Shown piece by piece: positions 40,501 through 53,628 of a stretch of DNA of 64,000 nucleotides. A program made the position numbers and the translations under genes. Numbering within the stretch: the first letter of the stretch is position 1; each line of letters starts with the position of its first letter. Under the pieces are notes generated by a model. That model ran no database searches and was not told the DNA's origin. It worked only from the letters and a program-made list of their open reading frames with translations. The stretch covers positions 1,302,001 to 1,366,000 of the forward strand of contig OZ316896.1 of assembly GCA_973895155.1 (NCBI GenBank), read 5' to 3'. Origin of the DNA: Marsupella aquatica. Its lineage: Eukaryota > Plantae > Marchantiophyta.

Positions 40501-43500
40501 GACGTAGACATTCTCAATTGTAATAGAAATAATTAACACTCCCTACCTGAACACCATCGTTTAGTAGCAATGATAATTTCAGTGCTGCTAACGATGCCTG
40601 CAACGCCATCTGATAACCTTTCCTGAAGATGTCTTTTTCATTGTCACTCAAATCACGGCATCTGTAGAATCAAAACATCATTGAAAAGCGCACCTTACTC
40701 AAATTCTGACCACAACTCTGAAAATTTTGTGACGACATACACTATCCCAGCTTCAAGATTACGAATTGTCTGAAGCAGTCATTAAATACCATGACATTAT
40801 CACCTTCCTTCACAGGCCACGGGGACCTACATTCACAAAACGCTTCCAAAGACAATTCATATCTTCAGAAGCTGTGACCACTTCATCACTCAAGTAACAA
40901 ACGTACCACCCCTTGTCATTAGGGTCCCCAGGGGGTTTGAGGGAACGTCTGTCTGAAGCAGTCATTACATGACATGACAGACGCTGAACTTCTTTAGCGG
41001 AAGACCCCACAAGCAGAACCCAACCTTGCAGAAGTAATAAGTTTGAAGTGTGAACCCGTACCTGATCCCTTCCTCGAGCACAGGACAGGAAAGCTGCAAC
41101 ACCTTTTGCAGGGCAGAATCGAAAAGACTGTAAGGCAGCGCTTCCTCAGAAAAGCTTCCACTGCATGCATTCCAAACAATTTGAGAGTATCTGGTGAACG
41201 ACTTCTGAGCATAATACAGAGCCCTCGCAGCGCTCACAAGTGTCCTACCCACGACTTCTGTTGTCCCTTTGTCACTGCTTCCGGTTCTAGTATGGCCTCC
41301 AGAAATCAAACTGCCGTTTTCTGTTGGTTTCTGCAAGGATGGTACTTGCACCTGGTGCAACCACAGCTTAAGAACTCCTTCAGCACTCTGAAGCAGGAAA
41401 CAAGCTTTACAGAAAAATTCCGGGTCGGTGGACAATCTTTCGATTTTCTTCAGAGCTGCTAACTCAGAGCTATCGGCCCTGCTCTCTTGGACCCTGATTT
41501 CGGGAGTATCTGCTTGCATCAGCACCAGACCAACTGCATATAAACCCGTGATGACCACTGGGGCACGTGGGAAAACCTGATATCATTGACAGCACATTTT
41601 CTTTAATATTATCCGATCCGTTTAACATTCCTCGACGGCACTTGCGTACATGAACAAACACCAACGTAGAGAAACAGGTTGGAGTCACATCGTGTGATTG
41701 CATTTCCCTTTTTAAGTCACAACTCATCTTATCATATAGGTTTCAAATTATCATAGTTGTAGGGTGTGCTGCAGTCAATCTTGAAAAGTGCTTCCTTGTT
41801 TGTGAAAACAGAATCAACAAATGCATGACGGTACGGTTTAACTTATGACACCTTAAAACCGGTTTTTAAACTCTGCAGTGTCAATGTTATTACAATTTTC
41901 GATTCCAGCTGAGCTACACCAAGTCATTTCCAATTTATGGCTAAGAGATTGATGTGATTACTTCGATTCGAAAGGAAACCCCTTGGAACATTGTCACCTG
42001 ATGTCTAGGACTTAGCCCGTTTGATCGATGAATCAATGAGTAACTATGTTAGTGCATCGATTGGTGTACCACTTTAGCTTATAAAATGATCAAACAAACA
42101 CACTAGGCACACTTAGAATAGAGGAAAGGAACATAACAAAAAGAAGACCTACTATTCTTTCTTGGAAATGTTTACAAACCATATCTAGCTGTTGCTGAGC
42201 GAAGCTCCAGATATTTGGCACTTAGCCGTAGTAGACAAATGAATTGCATCCTACTTGACTTTCATGACCAGGAACAACAGTCAAATAAGAATTACCGGTT
42301 TGATGTGATGCACCAATTTGTAGATATGGAACCAGCCATGTTCGACTTGGCTGCTTGATTGGCAGGAGCGAGCAAACCAGTCCACAAGCTCTGAGATATC
42401 ATAGCTAGCCCATAACCCTCGAAGCTACAATGTTTACAAGGCAGTTATGAGTTCTAGAGATACCAGAACAATCATTGTGGTAATTTCAGAGTACAGACGG
42501 GAAACGCAAGGATTCTCTAAAAGGTCTGAATTAGAATGGATGAAGCGAAATTTGTGAGCACTATAAAACCACTCTCGAGGTAGATGTCGCGATCATTGTA
42601 TAATAGAATGAAGTTGGAAAGGACAAATACCTTAGAGTTGGATAATATTTCACTAAAAACCGAAGCACAGATCTCCACAGATTTGATACTCCAATCTGAA
42701 CCTTGGCCGCTCAAGGTGGAAAAAAGCTTCCTGGCAATCTGATTGAATTACAGCATGAGTAGCTTATATTGAGAAAGTTAACGCGTGTCCGTGACTGACT
42801 GAGAAAGGCGAATCTAGACCAACGTCATAATATTCAGCAATTGATTGAGAACACACCTTCACATACTGATCGCCCTGAGTGGACGAGACGCAGAGGCTAA
42901 GGGTGATAATGCAAAATTGCTGGATCAAACTAGGGTCGTACTTTGTCGGATCTGCTACCATCATCACGGTCAACTTAAACACTGCTCGGAACAAAGCGTC
43001 GCACTGCTTACTCGCTGTACCTGGATCTAACACACTGCCATACGCATTGACAATAGTCCCAAATAATTACGCAAAGATGAAAATAGATGTCTCGAGATGG
43101 CAAGCCAAAGCTCATCAGCGAAGCATATTCTCTATTATTTCTACCACAATTCCTCGATAATTAAGGTGTGAGTGCTTGAATCTGAATCCAACTTGCGTCT
43201 AGTATGCCAGCTGACGACAGACAACATTCTGAAATTTTTACCATGCCCTAGTGAGATTCACGGGTTTCGAAAAATCTTATGTGGGGAATTCTCAAAAGGG
43301 GCCACAAGCATCCAACATTAATACATAATATAATATACATTAGAACTAGGTAAGAGATTTGGTGCCATTATTAACCCAATGCAGCACCGTTGCTTGCGTA
43401 GCCTCTCTCGTGGGCTTCAGGTGCAGAGCAGATTCCTCTTCTCTAATAAGATTTCTAAGATATGAGGACTCGGCTACTTGCGTTGTTCGACGCTTCCACT

Positions 43501-44425
43501 CCGACAGGCCAAATAAGGATCGAATTTCCTTGTTACGGTGAAAATTGTAAGCGTATTGCTCGACCCCAAGAGCATAAAACAGTACCTGATCCATGGTGTC
43601 AGTTGATCTGGTAATCGTGCTGCCATTTGGTAGTAAGTTAAAGAGTCTTCCGAACTCTCAGCAATGCACCATATCAAATCTACAGCTGCAGCAACAACTA
43701 GAGCAGGTAGCCCTGATCCCAAGTCGACATCTCGTGGCGGACATAAAACTGAATCATCGCATGGAACGAGCCTGACAGCTGAAGATTTCTTCTTGACTGC
43801 TCCTGTTTGGGACAACGACGAATAGTGTGAAAAAGCAGGATTCGAGAAACAATTGCACGACGTGGATAAAACAGTCAAAAGAATCGTGAAATGCTGGGGT
43901 CGCAGGGGTCGCACCTCCCTTAGATTTAGAAGTCCTCCCAGATGTTGATTGATTGACTGCAGCTTCTTTGAAATCCTTCGTAGATGTGAGCCGGCATAAG
44001 CTGCGAAACAGAACCTGAGATTGTGATGAAGCAGCACCGTATCTCTTCCAAGTCATAAGCCGCCGGACCAATCCGTACCTCTGGACCTCCATCTCGAAGA
44101 AAGATCCAGTGAGCTGAGAACGGAGAGTGCTTAATGCATCAAGCGCTATTCCCATGGCCGAGAAAATTTCGTCAGCCATGCCGTTAGCAACAGGATCATC
44201 TCTCGAAGGAAAGGAAGCCAGTTTGGTGCCACAAGTCTTTAAAAGCTGCAAGAGGAATGGCACATATTCCTTGGCCAGTGTGCGCAGCTCATTCTCCAAA
44301 TTGTGTTGGGCATCAGATCCAGAATTTCCAAGTAAAGGAGCCAGGTAAGCTGTCAATGACCGATTCAGTTCCTTAAGGCCTGTTCCTTGTAAGATTTTCA
44401 ATATACCTACACCCTTGCTGGCCAT
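28589..44425 (-). CDS. ESP1: Separase (peptidase C50), large multi-exon gene; internal exon boundaries only partly resolved
   Basis: Catalytic region 'HDLFVYLGHGSG|DQYL', 'LMGCSSGRL' and '[45 protein letters not shown]'. Also 'LPWESLPVLR..IYRMPS', 'WWKWRMELDRRL' and 'VEDSWLGPFKCLLLG'. First coding exon starts MASKGVG at 44425. Confidence 0.92.
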
Positions 44426-44540
44426 TGCACACTGTCGGTCGACGGCTACCCGTGCGCCAATAACCTCGAACAGATGAGGATCATACGTTCAAACGGAAAA
44501 GGAAACGTGTCACGCAACTCGTTCCAAATCTTCCTCAATT

Positions 44541-44627
44541 TCAGACATTCCGAGTGAAGGCACCAAGTACGCCTTGAATGAACGATTCAGATCCTTGCAA
44601 AAGTTTTTCAGTATAGGTGAAGGCCAT
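44541..44627 (-). other. 28-codon upstream ORF within a degenerate duplicate of the separase start region
   Basis: ATG 44627 to TGA 44541 reads MAFTYTEKLLQGSESFIQGVLGAFTRNV. DNA 44550-44655 aligns with 44330-44455. Confidence 0.55.
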
Positions 44628-47600
44628 CGCACACTGTCAGTCCGCTGCTACCCCGCGAGCTTCCAGAGCGCAAAATGAGGGCTCTCCCAACAAAATTGTC
44701 GTCCATCCGTCCGCAGGGCCCTTGTCCGCAGGGAGTCCTGATTTCTCCAGAGACGTCAGGAGCCATCATTGCCGAAATTCTAGTACGTCAAATTCAAGAT
44801 CACTTGGATCGTCTCTGTTTCCAGGCCAAATAAAATCAAGATCAACCAATGCTCGAAAAGCCGGTGCACAGACAGAGTGTTTGTGAAGCGCAGATTTTGC
44901 GTGCAGAGATTTTGCTTCGACAAAATGCTATCGAAAGCGAGACGAAATGCGCGGGAGTCGTTGAAATTTGAAAACCGACATTGAGACTCCTCCACGAGAG
45001 TACCGTTTGTTGCCATCGCCACCACCAATCCACATCCCCTTGTCTGTGGTTTCATGGAACTATCAGTGGGAGTAAACCAACCCCGCTTTCGAGTTCTGGA
45101 ATAATTATCAAGGGTGGCTTGAGATGTTGACAGAGGCTTCGGATACTACCCCACCACCACAACAACCTAAACTCAAGTAATATAGCTTTCATCAAAATAG
45201 GTGTAGGTTAACCCATGGCCCCATTCAAGGGCATGGTAGGGCAAATTCCCCAGGGCAGTCAGCCGAAGGCGGTTAAAGCCATGGCCCTTGGTTGTAATGA
45301 GTATAAACCCCCAGCATAGTTTAGATGAATTTTGACCTGATAGTTGCACCTAAAATTGGAGAATCCTTTAGGCAGCCTAGCCATGGGGACCAAAATTTCA
45401 TAACCCCTGGGACTCCGTTGGTGATGCCAACATAGCATTGCATTACGGTCAATCGCGAGCTCATGATATACTTGACCTATAAACATTGCAGGTGATGTGG
45501 GGGGCTGCAAATAGTGAGACCTCGAGGTAACACATCTTGGAGCCTTGAATTTTCAATCTACAATGCTTGCAGAATTCAAGCTAGTGGCTTGAGTGAGTGG
45601 TCATTGAATCAAAATTAGAGGATCTTAGTGCGAAACTCCTTGGATCTTGGAGCCGGGCCTCAATCTGACTCTCCACACAAAGGCAACTCAGCTTGGTCAT
45701 TTCTGGTGCTGCTTGATCTACCTGCAGCACAACAAGAGTAGTGGCTTGTCAATCTACTCAGTCTTCAAGACAATGGAGGGCCCTGGCGAAGCACTTGTCA
45801 TTGATCGTCACATTGGTTGTCACATTGACCTTATGTATTCTGGATGCTTGGAGCTAGACAGATCTCAAAGTCTACTCCCAAATGCAACATTTGAAGACTT
45901 GGTCCTCAATTGTACCATCTGACTATAGCAACATTTGAAAAGAATGATCATAAGGTAAGGTAACGAGGAGATCTAGATGAGATACAGAAAGCGAAGGGAT
46001 CCTGAGGGAAGGGCAAAAACAACTCTACTCTTGATTTGACTGAGTGCACCAATTTGCTATGAATCCCGGAAGGACCTTATATGGAGCGCTCCCCCCCCCC
46101 CGCGCGCCCCCCTCGCCCCATATCACATCACCTGTGACATTTTTAGGGATTAAACACCCTAGAAACTACAAGAAGTAATTTCTTTAGAGAGAATTGTTTT
46201 ACCCCTATACAATTGGAATATTTCTTTACATAATTTTCTAAACCCTATATTCTATAATAAGTCTCAAAATTGGAGTCAAAATACCTTAATGTTCTTTCAC
46301 ATAACACTCTATATTTTCTTTGAAGTGAATTGGAAAAACCCTATTCTTGGGGGTAAGTGATAGGCCGGAAGATTTTGAGTGACACTCCCCAAGCTATGAA
46401 TTTTCTATGGAAAGCTGGTTCAAAGGAGACACACATTTATTTGAATGCAGACATACTTGAAGTGTACATGTACTCAGATATACACTCTCCATTTTATCTT
46501 GTATCGCGGGAAGGGAGATATTTGCTTGATCGACCCCCAAAATGAAATTTGTTACTTGATCGACCCCCTGCGGTCTATGAACGGCCCAGATTTGAGATCG
46601 AAAGGTCCATCAACGGTCCAGATTGGGGAAAAGTATCGAGGGGGTTGATTAAGTAACTTTTTCCAGAAGGGGGTCTACTAAGCATATTCCTCGCGGGAAG
46701 GTGACAATGACTGGGAGGAGCAAACTCCTGTTCAACCCTTTGGTTTACTGGCCGGATCCCACACACAGAGTGTTAAAATAGATAAATTATGTCTATGTAG
46801 AGGATGACTTTTCAGTTTGTATAAACTTTTGTACATTGGATGAGCTCAGTGTAGATCTGGCCCTTGTTCTCTTGAGAGTTTTTCTAGTTAAGAATGGAAA
46901 ATACTCAGCTGGAACAGGTGTACTTCTGCATTGTGATGACATGATCCTAAGTTATGAGAGAGAGGCAGAATTAATAAGACCCAAACCACTCCATGGGTTT
47001 GACTTCCTTATTGAACCTTTCTCCTAGGATAAGTTGCATCTAGATATCAGCTATTCTTGCAGAAAGCATTTTCAAACTTAGGATTTCCATAGCCAGCCAT
47101 TTTTTGGGAAAGTCATGCACAAATCATCACTAGTTTATTAGTCTGTGACCAACACTTTTTAGCCCAAAGATAGTTAGACTCAAAGCTTGCACACATCAGT
47201 ACATCTTCTATCAAAGAGTAGTGTCCAAGATGAACCTGTCAGTGCGGACTACCCTGGGCAGGTGCAAAGCTTGCGCCTTTGGTATCTAATTAATGTCCCT
47301 CTTCCAGCCCAAAATGTGTGATACAATCAGTCTTTCGAACCTGTAAGAATTTCTGTTGTCACATGCTCAACTCCAATGTTGTTCTTCCACTTCATGTGAG
47401 CTTTGATCCCCAACTATTTTTCCTTCCAAATTGAATTAAAGAATTTTTGGGCGCTATTAATCAGAGTAATCCCCCAATCCAAGCTTGTAGGGAGAGTCCA
47501 ATGTTTACTCCAGATTTGGCTATCCAGCCAGGTTTCTTGGGCTGGGAAACTTTAAGTTTTAATTTCATGTTCGGTAATAAGGTATTGTCTTACTAACTAT

Positions 47601-47815
47601 TGATAGGGAGCATTGATCTGGGAGTGAATCTGAATCAATTTATTTCGATTGAAGGATTAATTCTACTTTTCTAACACGTTGTATTTGAAGTATTTCAAAA
47701 AGTATGATATGATGGGAGTTCACTGGGATTCCATAGTTTTTATTGTACCTAACATTATCAAATGCAATATATGTTCAATAAAATTATTTTCATATTACAA
47801 GCTTGCAAAAGAACA

Positions 47816-47952
47816 CACCTTCATCTTCACACCATAGCAGCTTCTCTACACACTTTGCACACTGAGCAGCACTTGATCTTCACCACCTTCATCTTCACAC
47901 CATAGCAGCTTCTCTACACACTTTGCACACTGAGCAGCACTTGATCTTCACC
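47816..47952. repeat. Exact two-copy tandem duplication, unit about 68 bp
   Basis: CACCTTCATCTTCACACCATAGCAGCTTCTCTACACACTTTGCACACTGAGCAGCACTTGATCTTCAC occurs twice. Confidence 0.95.
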
Positions 47953-48299
47953 GATCTACAATTCTGTAAAACCATCCTTGAAGTGGCAAAGGGGTTTAAG
48001 AATCCTCCAAGACAGAGAGGGATAAGTAAATGGAGTGGCGGTCAATGGTGCAGTAAAGGCAATTTTGACAGTATTTGTTTTTGACAATTATCACCTCATC
48101 CAAAACTTGTTTGCAGACCTAACTACTGGAGATTAAACTATGTGATTGGAATCAATAGTTAACCAAAAAAACATGTTTTAGTTTGATTGTCAAGGTTATC
48201 CCTTCAAAAACTTGTTGGCAGAGCAAACTACAGGAGATTAAACTACAGTATGTAATTGGGATCAATATTGATAAAGTTAAACCTATATTTTTTTACTTA

Positions 48300-48540
48300 T
48301 TAAGCGCCAACACAAGCTAGAGTTGGAGCTTAGGTTTCTAGAGTGAAACCTCTAGACCATAACTCCATGGCCCAATATGTGTATGGGAAAACTCATGGTT
48401 ATGATGTTTGTTGGTTTATATCTACATTCAAAAAATGGGCTCTATAGCCTCACCATAACATATGTGCATAGAAAGAGGGATGGGCATAGAAAGGTGCATA
48501 TTATGTATGATTATTATAATAATGACATGCATGATGATTA
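48300..48540. repeat. Dispersed repeat, copy 2 (internally shorter than copy 1)
   Basis: Collinear similarity to 23690-24110, lacking the ~23855-23995 segment. Confidence 0.75.
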
Positions 48541-49679
48541 ACCTTCAAGAATGTGAATAGATATATAAGTCACCGTGCCAAAAGGCAAAAATGCAAAAAT
48601 AGAGAATATACTTTCGTGACACTTTTATTGTCCGATTCACGTTCTTTGAATGGGTAGTTGGGGCTAGTATATTTTAGTTTAGTTATCAAGGGTATCCCTA
48701 GTTAGCAGTAACTCTCATGAACCCACCCTTATTAGGCGTATCTCATTTGACAACTCCCAACAGACATGCTACAGTCAATAATGAGTTGACACTTTTCTTT
48801 GAGGCCGCCACTTGGAAACGTGTGCCCCAAACAGAGAAGGCAGAAGGCTCATCCAAAAAACAAATGTTGAAGGCAAAGATTGACACCACTAAACATGGAA
48901 CCATTTCTAAAAAGTGCGGACGGACCACCGAATCTGACGGCCAGGATTAGGCGTCGTTCGCCAGGATTGGGTTTTTCTTACCCCGTTCTCTCCTCCGCCT
49001 GCATCGGATGCTGGGAGCGCGGTTGCAGGGCCGACCGAGGTGACCGCGCTGTGACTTGTGACGATGCGCTGTTGCGAGTAGGTAATGTCCATTTTAGCCA
49101 TAGCCGTCGATAGTTGATATAAACGATCCAGATTGCGCGAATCAAGAATATGCGCAGTTTCTGTGAAAAGCCAAGTTACGTGGTTGTCCCCTGCGTACTG
49201 CAACCGACGCCTAGCAGATGTCTACTGCAGTAGTAGTGGAGCATTAGAGTATTTTAGGTCTGGGTCTCGAGCCGGGCGCGCGAGCGAAGGCCCTAAGACT
49301 CGGTACAGCTTTCCGACGAGGAAAGCGTCTTGTGGAGGAGGAGGAACGAACGGACTGAGGGACGGAGCCCGTGTTGGTCCTCGAGCAAAATGGCCCTTTA
49401 GAGTAGCGCCGATCCGCTCTCTGGATGCTGGTGGTGTGCAAGTAACAGTCATCGGTCGGTTTTTCCCGTGGGATTTCGCCGAGAACAGACGAGGGAGGTT
49501 TCCTTGTAGCGAACGAGCGGAGTTTGGGCCTGTATGTGCATGTTTTTGGCGGCGTTCAGCTCCTGATATGAGCTTGCTTTGTTCGGGTATTTACCAGCAC
49601 CTTTCATCTTCATTCAGTCTATCCTCTTGATACGGGATGCTGGCTCCTCGATGTGACGACGGCATTTTTTTTTGGCTTC

Positions 49680-49688
49680 TTAGGGTTT
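49680..49688 (-). promoter_or_regulatory. Telo-box-like motif upstream of RRP1
   Basis: TTAGGGTTT (AAACCCTAA on the minus strand) about 420 bp before the RRP1 ATG. Confidence 0.3.
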
Positions 49689-50110
49689 AGTCTTCCGCCC
49701 TACGATGTATCCCCAAGTCGCAATTTTAGATTTATGGCAATGATATGAATTTGGATGGTTCATAGCTTTGCAGTCACTGATCAGATGCTTCTGGTTCCGC
49801 GAATTAATGTTGCGTTCATAGTTGCCAGGACCTACTGTCTGAGGAGTCTCGTTCTCACCTCTGTTACAAGTGGCACCTTGCTTTGCGGAAGGGTTGGATA
49901 TCAATCCACCTGTTCTGTTTCTCAGCTCCTTATGTGGTCAATGTTTGCCTGAAGTTTGCACGTCTATTGTTTATGGCAGGTCTTTGTTTCCGACATGTTT
50001 ATCCTTCTGGGCTTGGCGTTCAATGGTCGGGATGGCATGCTTGAGTCAGCTCTGAGGATTCGTCAGTCTTTGGTACATTCCTGAAGAGAAGCCGGTATCT
50101 TACTCAGTCA

Positions 50111-52024
50111 ATGTCGGGCGGGACAATGGCTGTAGGACGAGGGACCAATCCCGGCCTTGCGAGGAAGCTCGCATCCTCGGACAAGGGCACGCGTGAGAAA
50201 GCAGTCTCTCTTCTGGACCTATGGTTATCACGTCAAGTGGAAATCCCGGAAGACGAACTGAAGAAAATCTGGAAGGGACTTTTCTACTGCGTTTGGCATG
50301 CTGACAAAGCTCCTGTGCAGGCAGATCTCATAGAGAAGTTAGCTGGTATACTTGAGAGAGTAGAAGTTGAGCTATCGGTTTCCTTCTTTAAGGTTTTTCT
50401 CACCACCATGAGACGAGAATGGAGCGGCATTGATAGATTAAGGCTGGATAAGTTTTACCTTCTACTTAGAAAATTCTTATCTCACGCTTTCAAGGTTCTC
50501 GAGAAGGGAGGGTGGGACAAGATGCTTGTGAGCAAGTTTGTCGATGCTCTGGAGGAAAGGGCCTTTCTCGCAAAAGATCGATTTCCTGCACTAGGAGTCA
50601 ACCTTCACTTGACAGATATATTCTGGGATGAATTTTGCAAATATCTCCCTGTTCCTGACGGTACTCTGGAACTTTTGCTGAAGCCTTTCTACTCAACATT
50701 GGCTACGAGTTCCGACAAAGCCCTTTTGAAAAGGGTAAGGGAGAACATATTTAATCATCTATTAGGTGATGCGCGCTCACTGATTACCATGATTGAGAAA
50801 GAGCAGCATCTGGACGGAGTGACCGGGAACATCGGACTTCTGCTAATTTCCACACCTGTAGCTGCCCGACTTTTCGATCTTGCTTCCGCTCCCTCGACTT
50901 CCCAAGCCAATAGAAAGTTACTTTACGAGCTCAACGAGGAGTTCAGCAAGCTCGCGAAGACATTTGACTCGTTGAAGGGCAATACTTTCCTTCAGGGGTT
51001 GAATAGGACTCGTGACTCTTTGCCGAACGGTACTACGGCAGGGGTGACGGAGAATATTCACGGAGGCTCTCGCACTAGGTCAAGGAAAAGGCAGGCTAAA
51101 GGTATAAAATTGCCGATCGAAGAGCTCGGAGTTTCGAAGGTTAAGAAATCTAAGAAGATGAAGTTTGAACAAGCGCCAGAAAACGGTAATAGTGCTGAGG
51201 ATTTACAGGTAGACGTGACGGAAGAGAATGTAGGACAGGATAGGATAGTGAAGAAAAAGCGAAATCGCCAGGTTTCTGTGGTCGCCGCAAAGACGGGCCG
51301 TCCTGTTCTGCAGAAGGAGTCACTCAAGAGGAAAGCGAAAAAGAGAAAGAAGGCGCAGCCAATTAAATCAGAAGCTGATGGAAGCGATCGGGTGCTCGGA
51401 ACCGACGATCATAAAAACGTTATTGCCCAAGCTCCACTCGTAGACTCGGTCAGAACTGACAATGGCCATCAGGGTATCAATGAAGTGACCATGAACCTGG
51501 AGAAAAAATTTGATGTTGTCGCTGGAGACGAGCTGGATGTTTCTCTTGCAACTGTCTCCCTTCGACCTCGTTTGAAGAGGAGTAGAAAAGTACTCAAGAA
51601 AGAAACGGTTGCCACCAAGAGCATAACTCGTTCTGGTTTGTCGAAGGGCTCAGAAACTTTGGCGCTATCATCACCCGCACCAGAGTCTGAAGTGGAAGAA
51701 AATGTCGATGTGGGAGCTACTCCTTCGGCGTCAGCGAAGAAGAAGAAGAAGAAGGTGCGATTTGTTTTGAAAAATAATCTTGTTTGTAAAAAGGGCGCCC
51801 CCCTGCCCCCGCTTTATCTGAGGACTCCTCCCTCAGCTACTCCCCGCGGAAGTGCTTTGAAACCCGGGGTGCGGCCTGGTCCTATTCGGACTCGGCCAAT
51901 TCGGATCGCAAGAGGAGCTAGCCGGGCAAAGTTGCGGAAGCGAGCTTCAAGGCAATTACTCACGATGTCTAAGCAGAAACCTAAAAGTGCGACAAGAAAA
52001 CTGAGGAATAGACCGAAGCTGTAG
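50111..52024 (+). CDS. RRP1: Ribosomal RNA processing protein 1 (Nop52 family), intronless CDS, 637 aa
   Basis: 'LASSDKGTREKA..LKKIWKGLFYCVWHADK..Q', 'FLTTMRREWSGIDRLRLDKFYLLLR', basic C-terminus with 'KKVRF' and 'PPSATPRGSALKPG'. Confidence 0.93.
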   Translation: MSGGTMAVGRGTNPGLARKLASSDKGTREKAVSLLDLWLSRQVEIPEDELKKIWKGLFYCVWHADKAPVQADLIEKLAGILERVEVELSVSFFKVFLTTMRREWSGIDRLRLDKFYLLLRKFLSHAFKVLEKGGWDKMLVSKFVDALEERAFLAKDRFPALGVNLHLTDIFWDEFCKYLPVPDGTLELLLKPFYSTLATSSDKALLKRVRENIFNHLLGDARSLITMIEKEQHLDGVTGNIGLLLISTPVAARLFDLASAPSTSQANRKLLYELNEEFSKLAKTFDSLKGNTFLQGLNRTRDSLPNGTTAGVTENIHGGSRTRSRKRQAKGIKLPIEELGVSKVKKSKKMKFEQAPENGNSAEDLQVDVTEENVGQDRIVKKKRNRQVSVVAAKTGRPVLQKESLKRKAKKRKKAQPIKSEADGSDRVLGTDDHKNVIAQAPLVDSVRTDNGHQGINEVTMNLEKKFDVVAGDELDVSLATVSLRPRLKRSRKVLKKETVATKSITRSGLSKGSETLALSSPAPESEVEENVDVGATPSASAKKKKKKVRFVLKNNLVCKKGAPLPPLYLRTPPSATPRGSALKPGVRPGPIRTRPIRIARGASRAKLRKRASRQLLTMSKQKPKSATRKLRNRPKL

Positions 52025-53628
52025 GAGGCGTGGAATAGGTTTGGAAAGATGGATGGACCCTAAATCAGATAACGCGCGCCAGAGTCAAGAAGAAGTTCAC
52101 TTTTATTGTATCACACAAAAACAATTGCCGGAGTCCTATTTGGAGTCTGATGTCGAGTTCATCATCATGACTAGCCCATGCGTACTGAAGTAAGGGATGG
52201 ATTCAAAATTTTGCCTGAAGTGGTGTGCTAATTATGGAATCCTCTACGGATGAATTGTCTGGTGAAGGCGTTACTTCTGCTTTTGAGTGCTGAAGTTGTT
52301 CTGTTCTGGCCTTTTAGACTACTCATCCTGCCATCGATGTTTTCCAGCCTATTGTTCATGACCTGGGAAAGACAAGACTCTGTTTGGGGTTCAGTGTGAA
52401 TTGGCTTCATAGTGCCCCACTTCCGAATGACTTGTCATGACTGATCTTTCAATCTGGTCAAAAGGACTGCAATCTTCGGATTCTTAAGTGATCCGTTGCT
52501 TTCAATGTCATATTTCCAGGCGACTATGATTGACCAGAGTAAGCAGACCTTTGTTTCCAACTCCAATGGTGAAAGTTGCACCGCTTTCGATGATGTGGAA
52601 TCTAGCGTTTTCTGCTGAAGAATTCTGATGAAAAAGAAGGGGTAGATCAGGATGTAGGATGCAGTGCGAATTGTGATCACGGGATTGACCCTGCCAGTAT
52701 CCAGAGGTTTAATTGGAGTCGTGTATCTGGATCAGCATTGCATAGATCTGAGGCTGATCTCTTGTGTCCAAGTGGGAAATCTTCTACGGAGGGACTCCTA
52801 CACTGGAGGGTAAAAATCTCCTAATATCATTTCTGCGAGTCTCTTGGGTTCCGTCAAACGGCATACTGTTCCCCGACTAGTGCAAGCAGACTCTATTCCA
52901 GATTCCATTTATGATTTCTGACATGTAAGGTGGTCGATCGTGTCATTTATGATTTACTTCAGGCAATTCTGGAAAGTACGTGGATATTGCAACCCTAGTC
53001 CACTTATTCGAGAGGTTGAAACCCATGGGCGCCTCAGTTGCAGATTTCTGCCACTGCACATGAACCTTCGAAACTTTTAGTGGAGATGGATTCACGAGAA
53101 GCATTGTAGTCCCCTCACTAGCAGTTGGCGACATGATGTTCCATTGCAGGCAAGCTTAACAGGAATCACTACTGCAGCCCTTTTAGTCAATGCTTCCGGT
53201 GACCTTGTGCTTAGGTACTGGCATTGGAAGGAAAGATGGCTGTGACGAAAAGCATTCAAAGAAAAGAAAAGCATGTTCGAAATGTCCCAGCTTGAGAGGA
53301 AATTTTTTGCAATCCACTGTTGATGGGATGCGCTCTATTGTGTGGTAGTCTAACGGTGCTGATAGTCTTCGATCATTGATCGTGATTGCCACATCCTACA
53401 ATATTCTAGGATGGGAGAAACTCAAAAGTGAAAATTGATAGGAGCGCACTGACAGTCGAAATGAGGAAACAGACATTACACACGAACAGAAATGCAACAA
53501 CTTCGGCGATTTCCTTATGAAGATAGAGATTGGTGACAACACAGCTGTAAGATCATTGCTGTTGAAGGCAACGCTCAGCAAAGCATGTACGTGTTCTGCA
53601 TGTTAACCAACTTATGAAAGGAGAACAT

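Noticed and set aside
49133-49630. 165-aa ORF upstream of RRP1
   Set aside because: Non-ATG start, no domain, and composition typical of a GC-rich promoter or leader.
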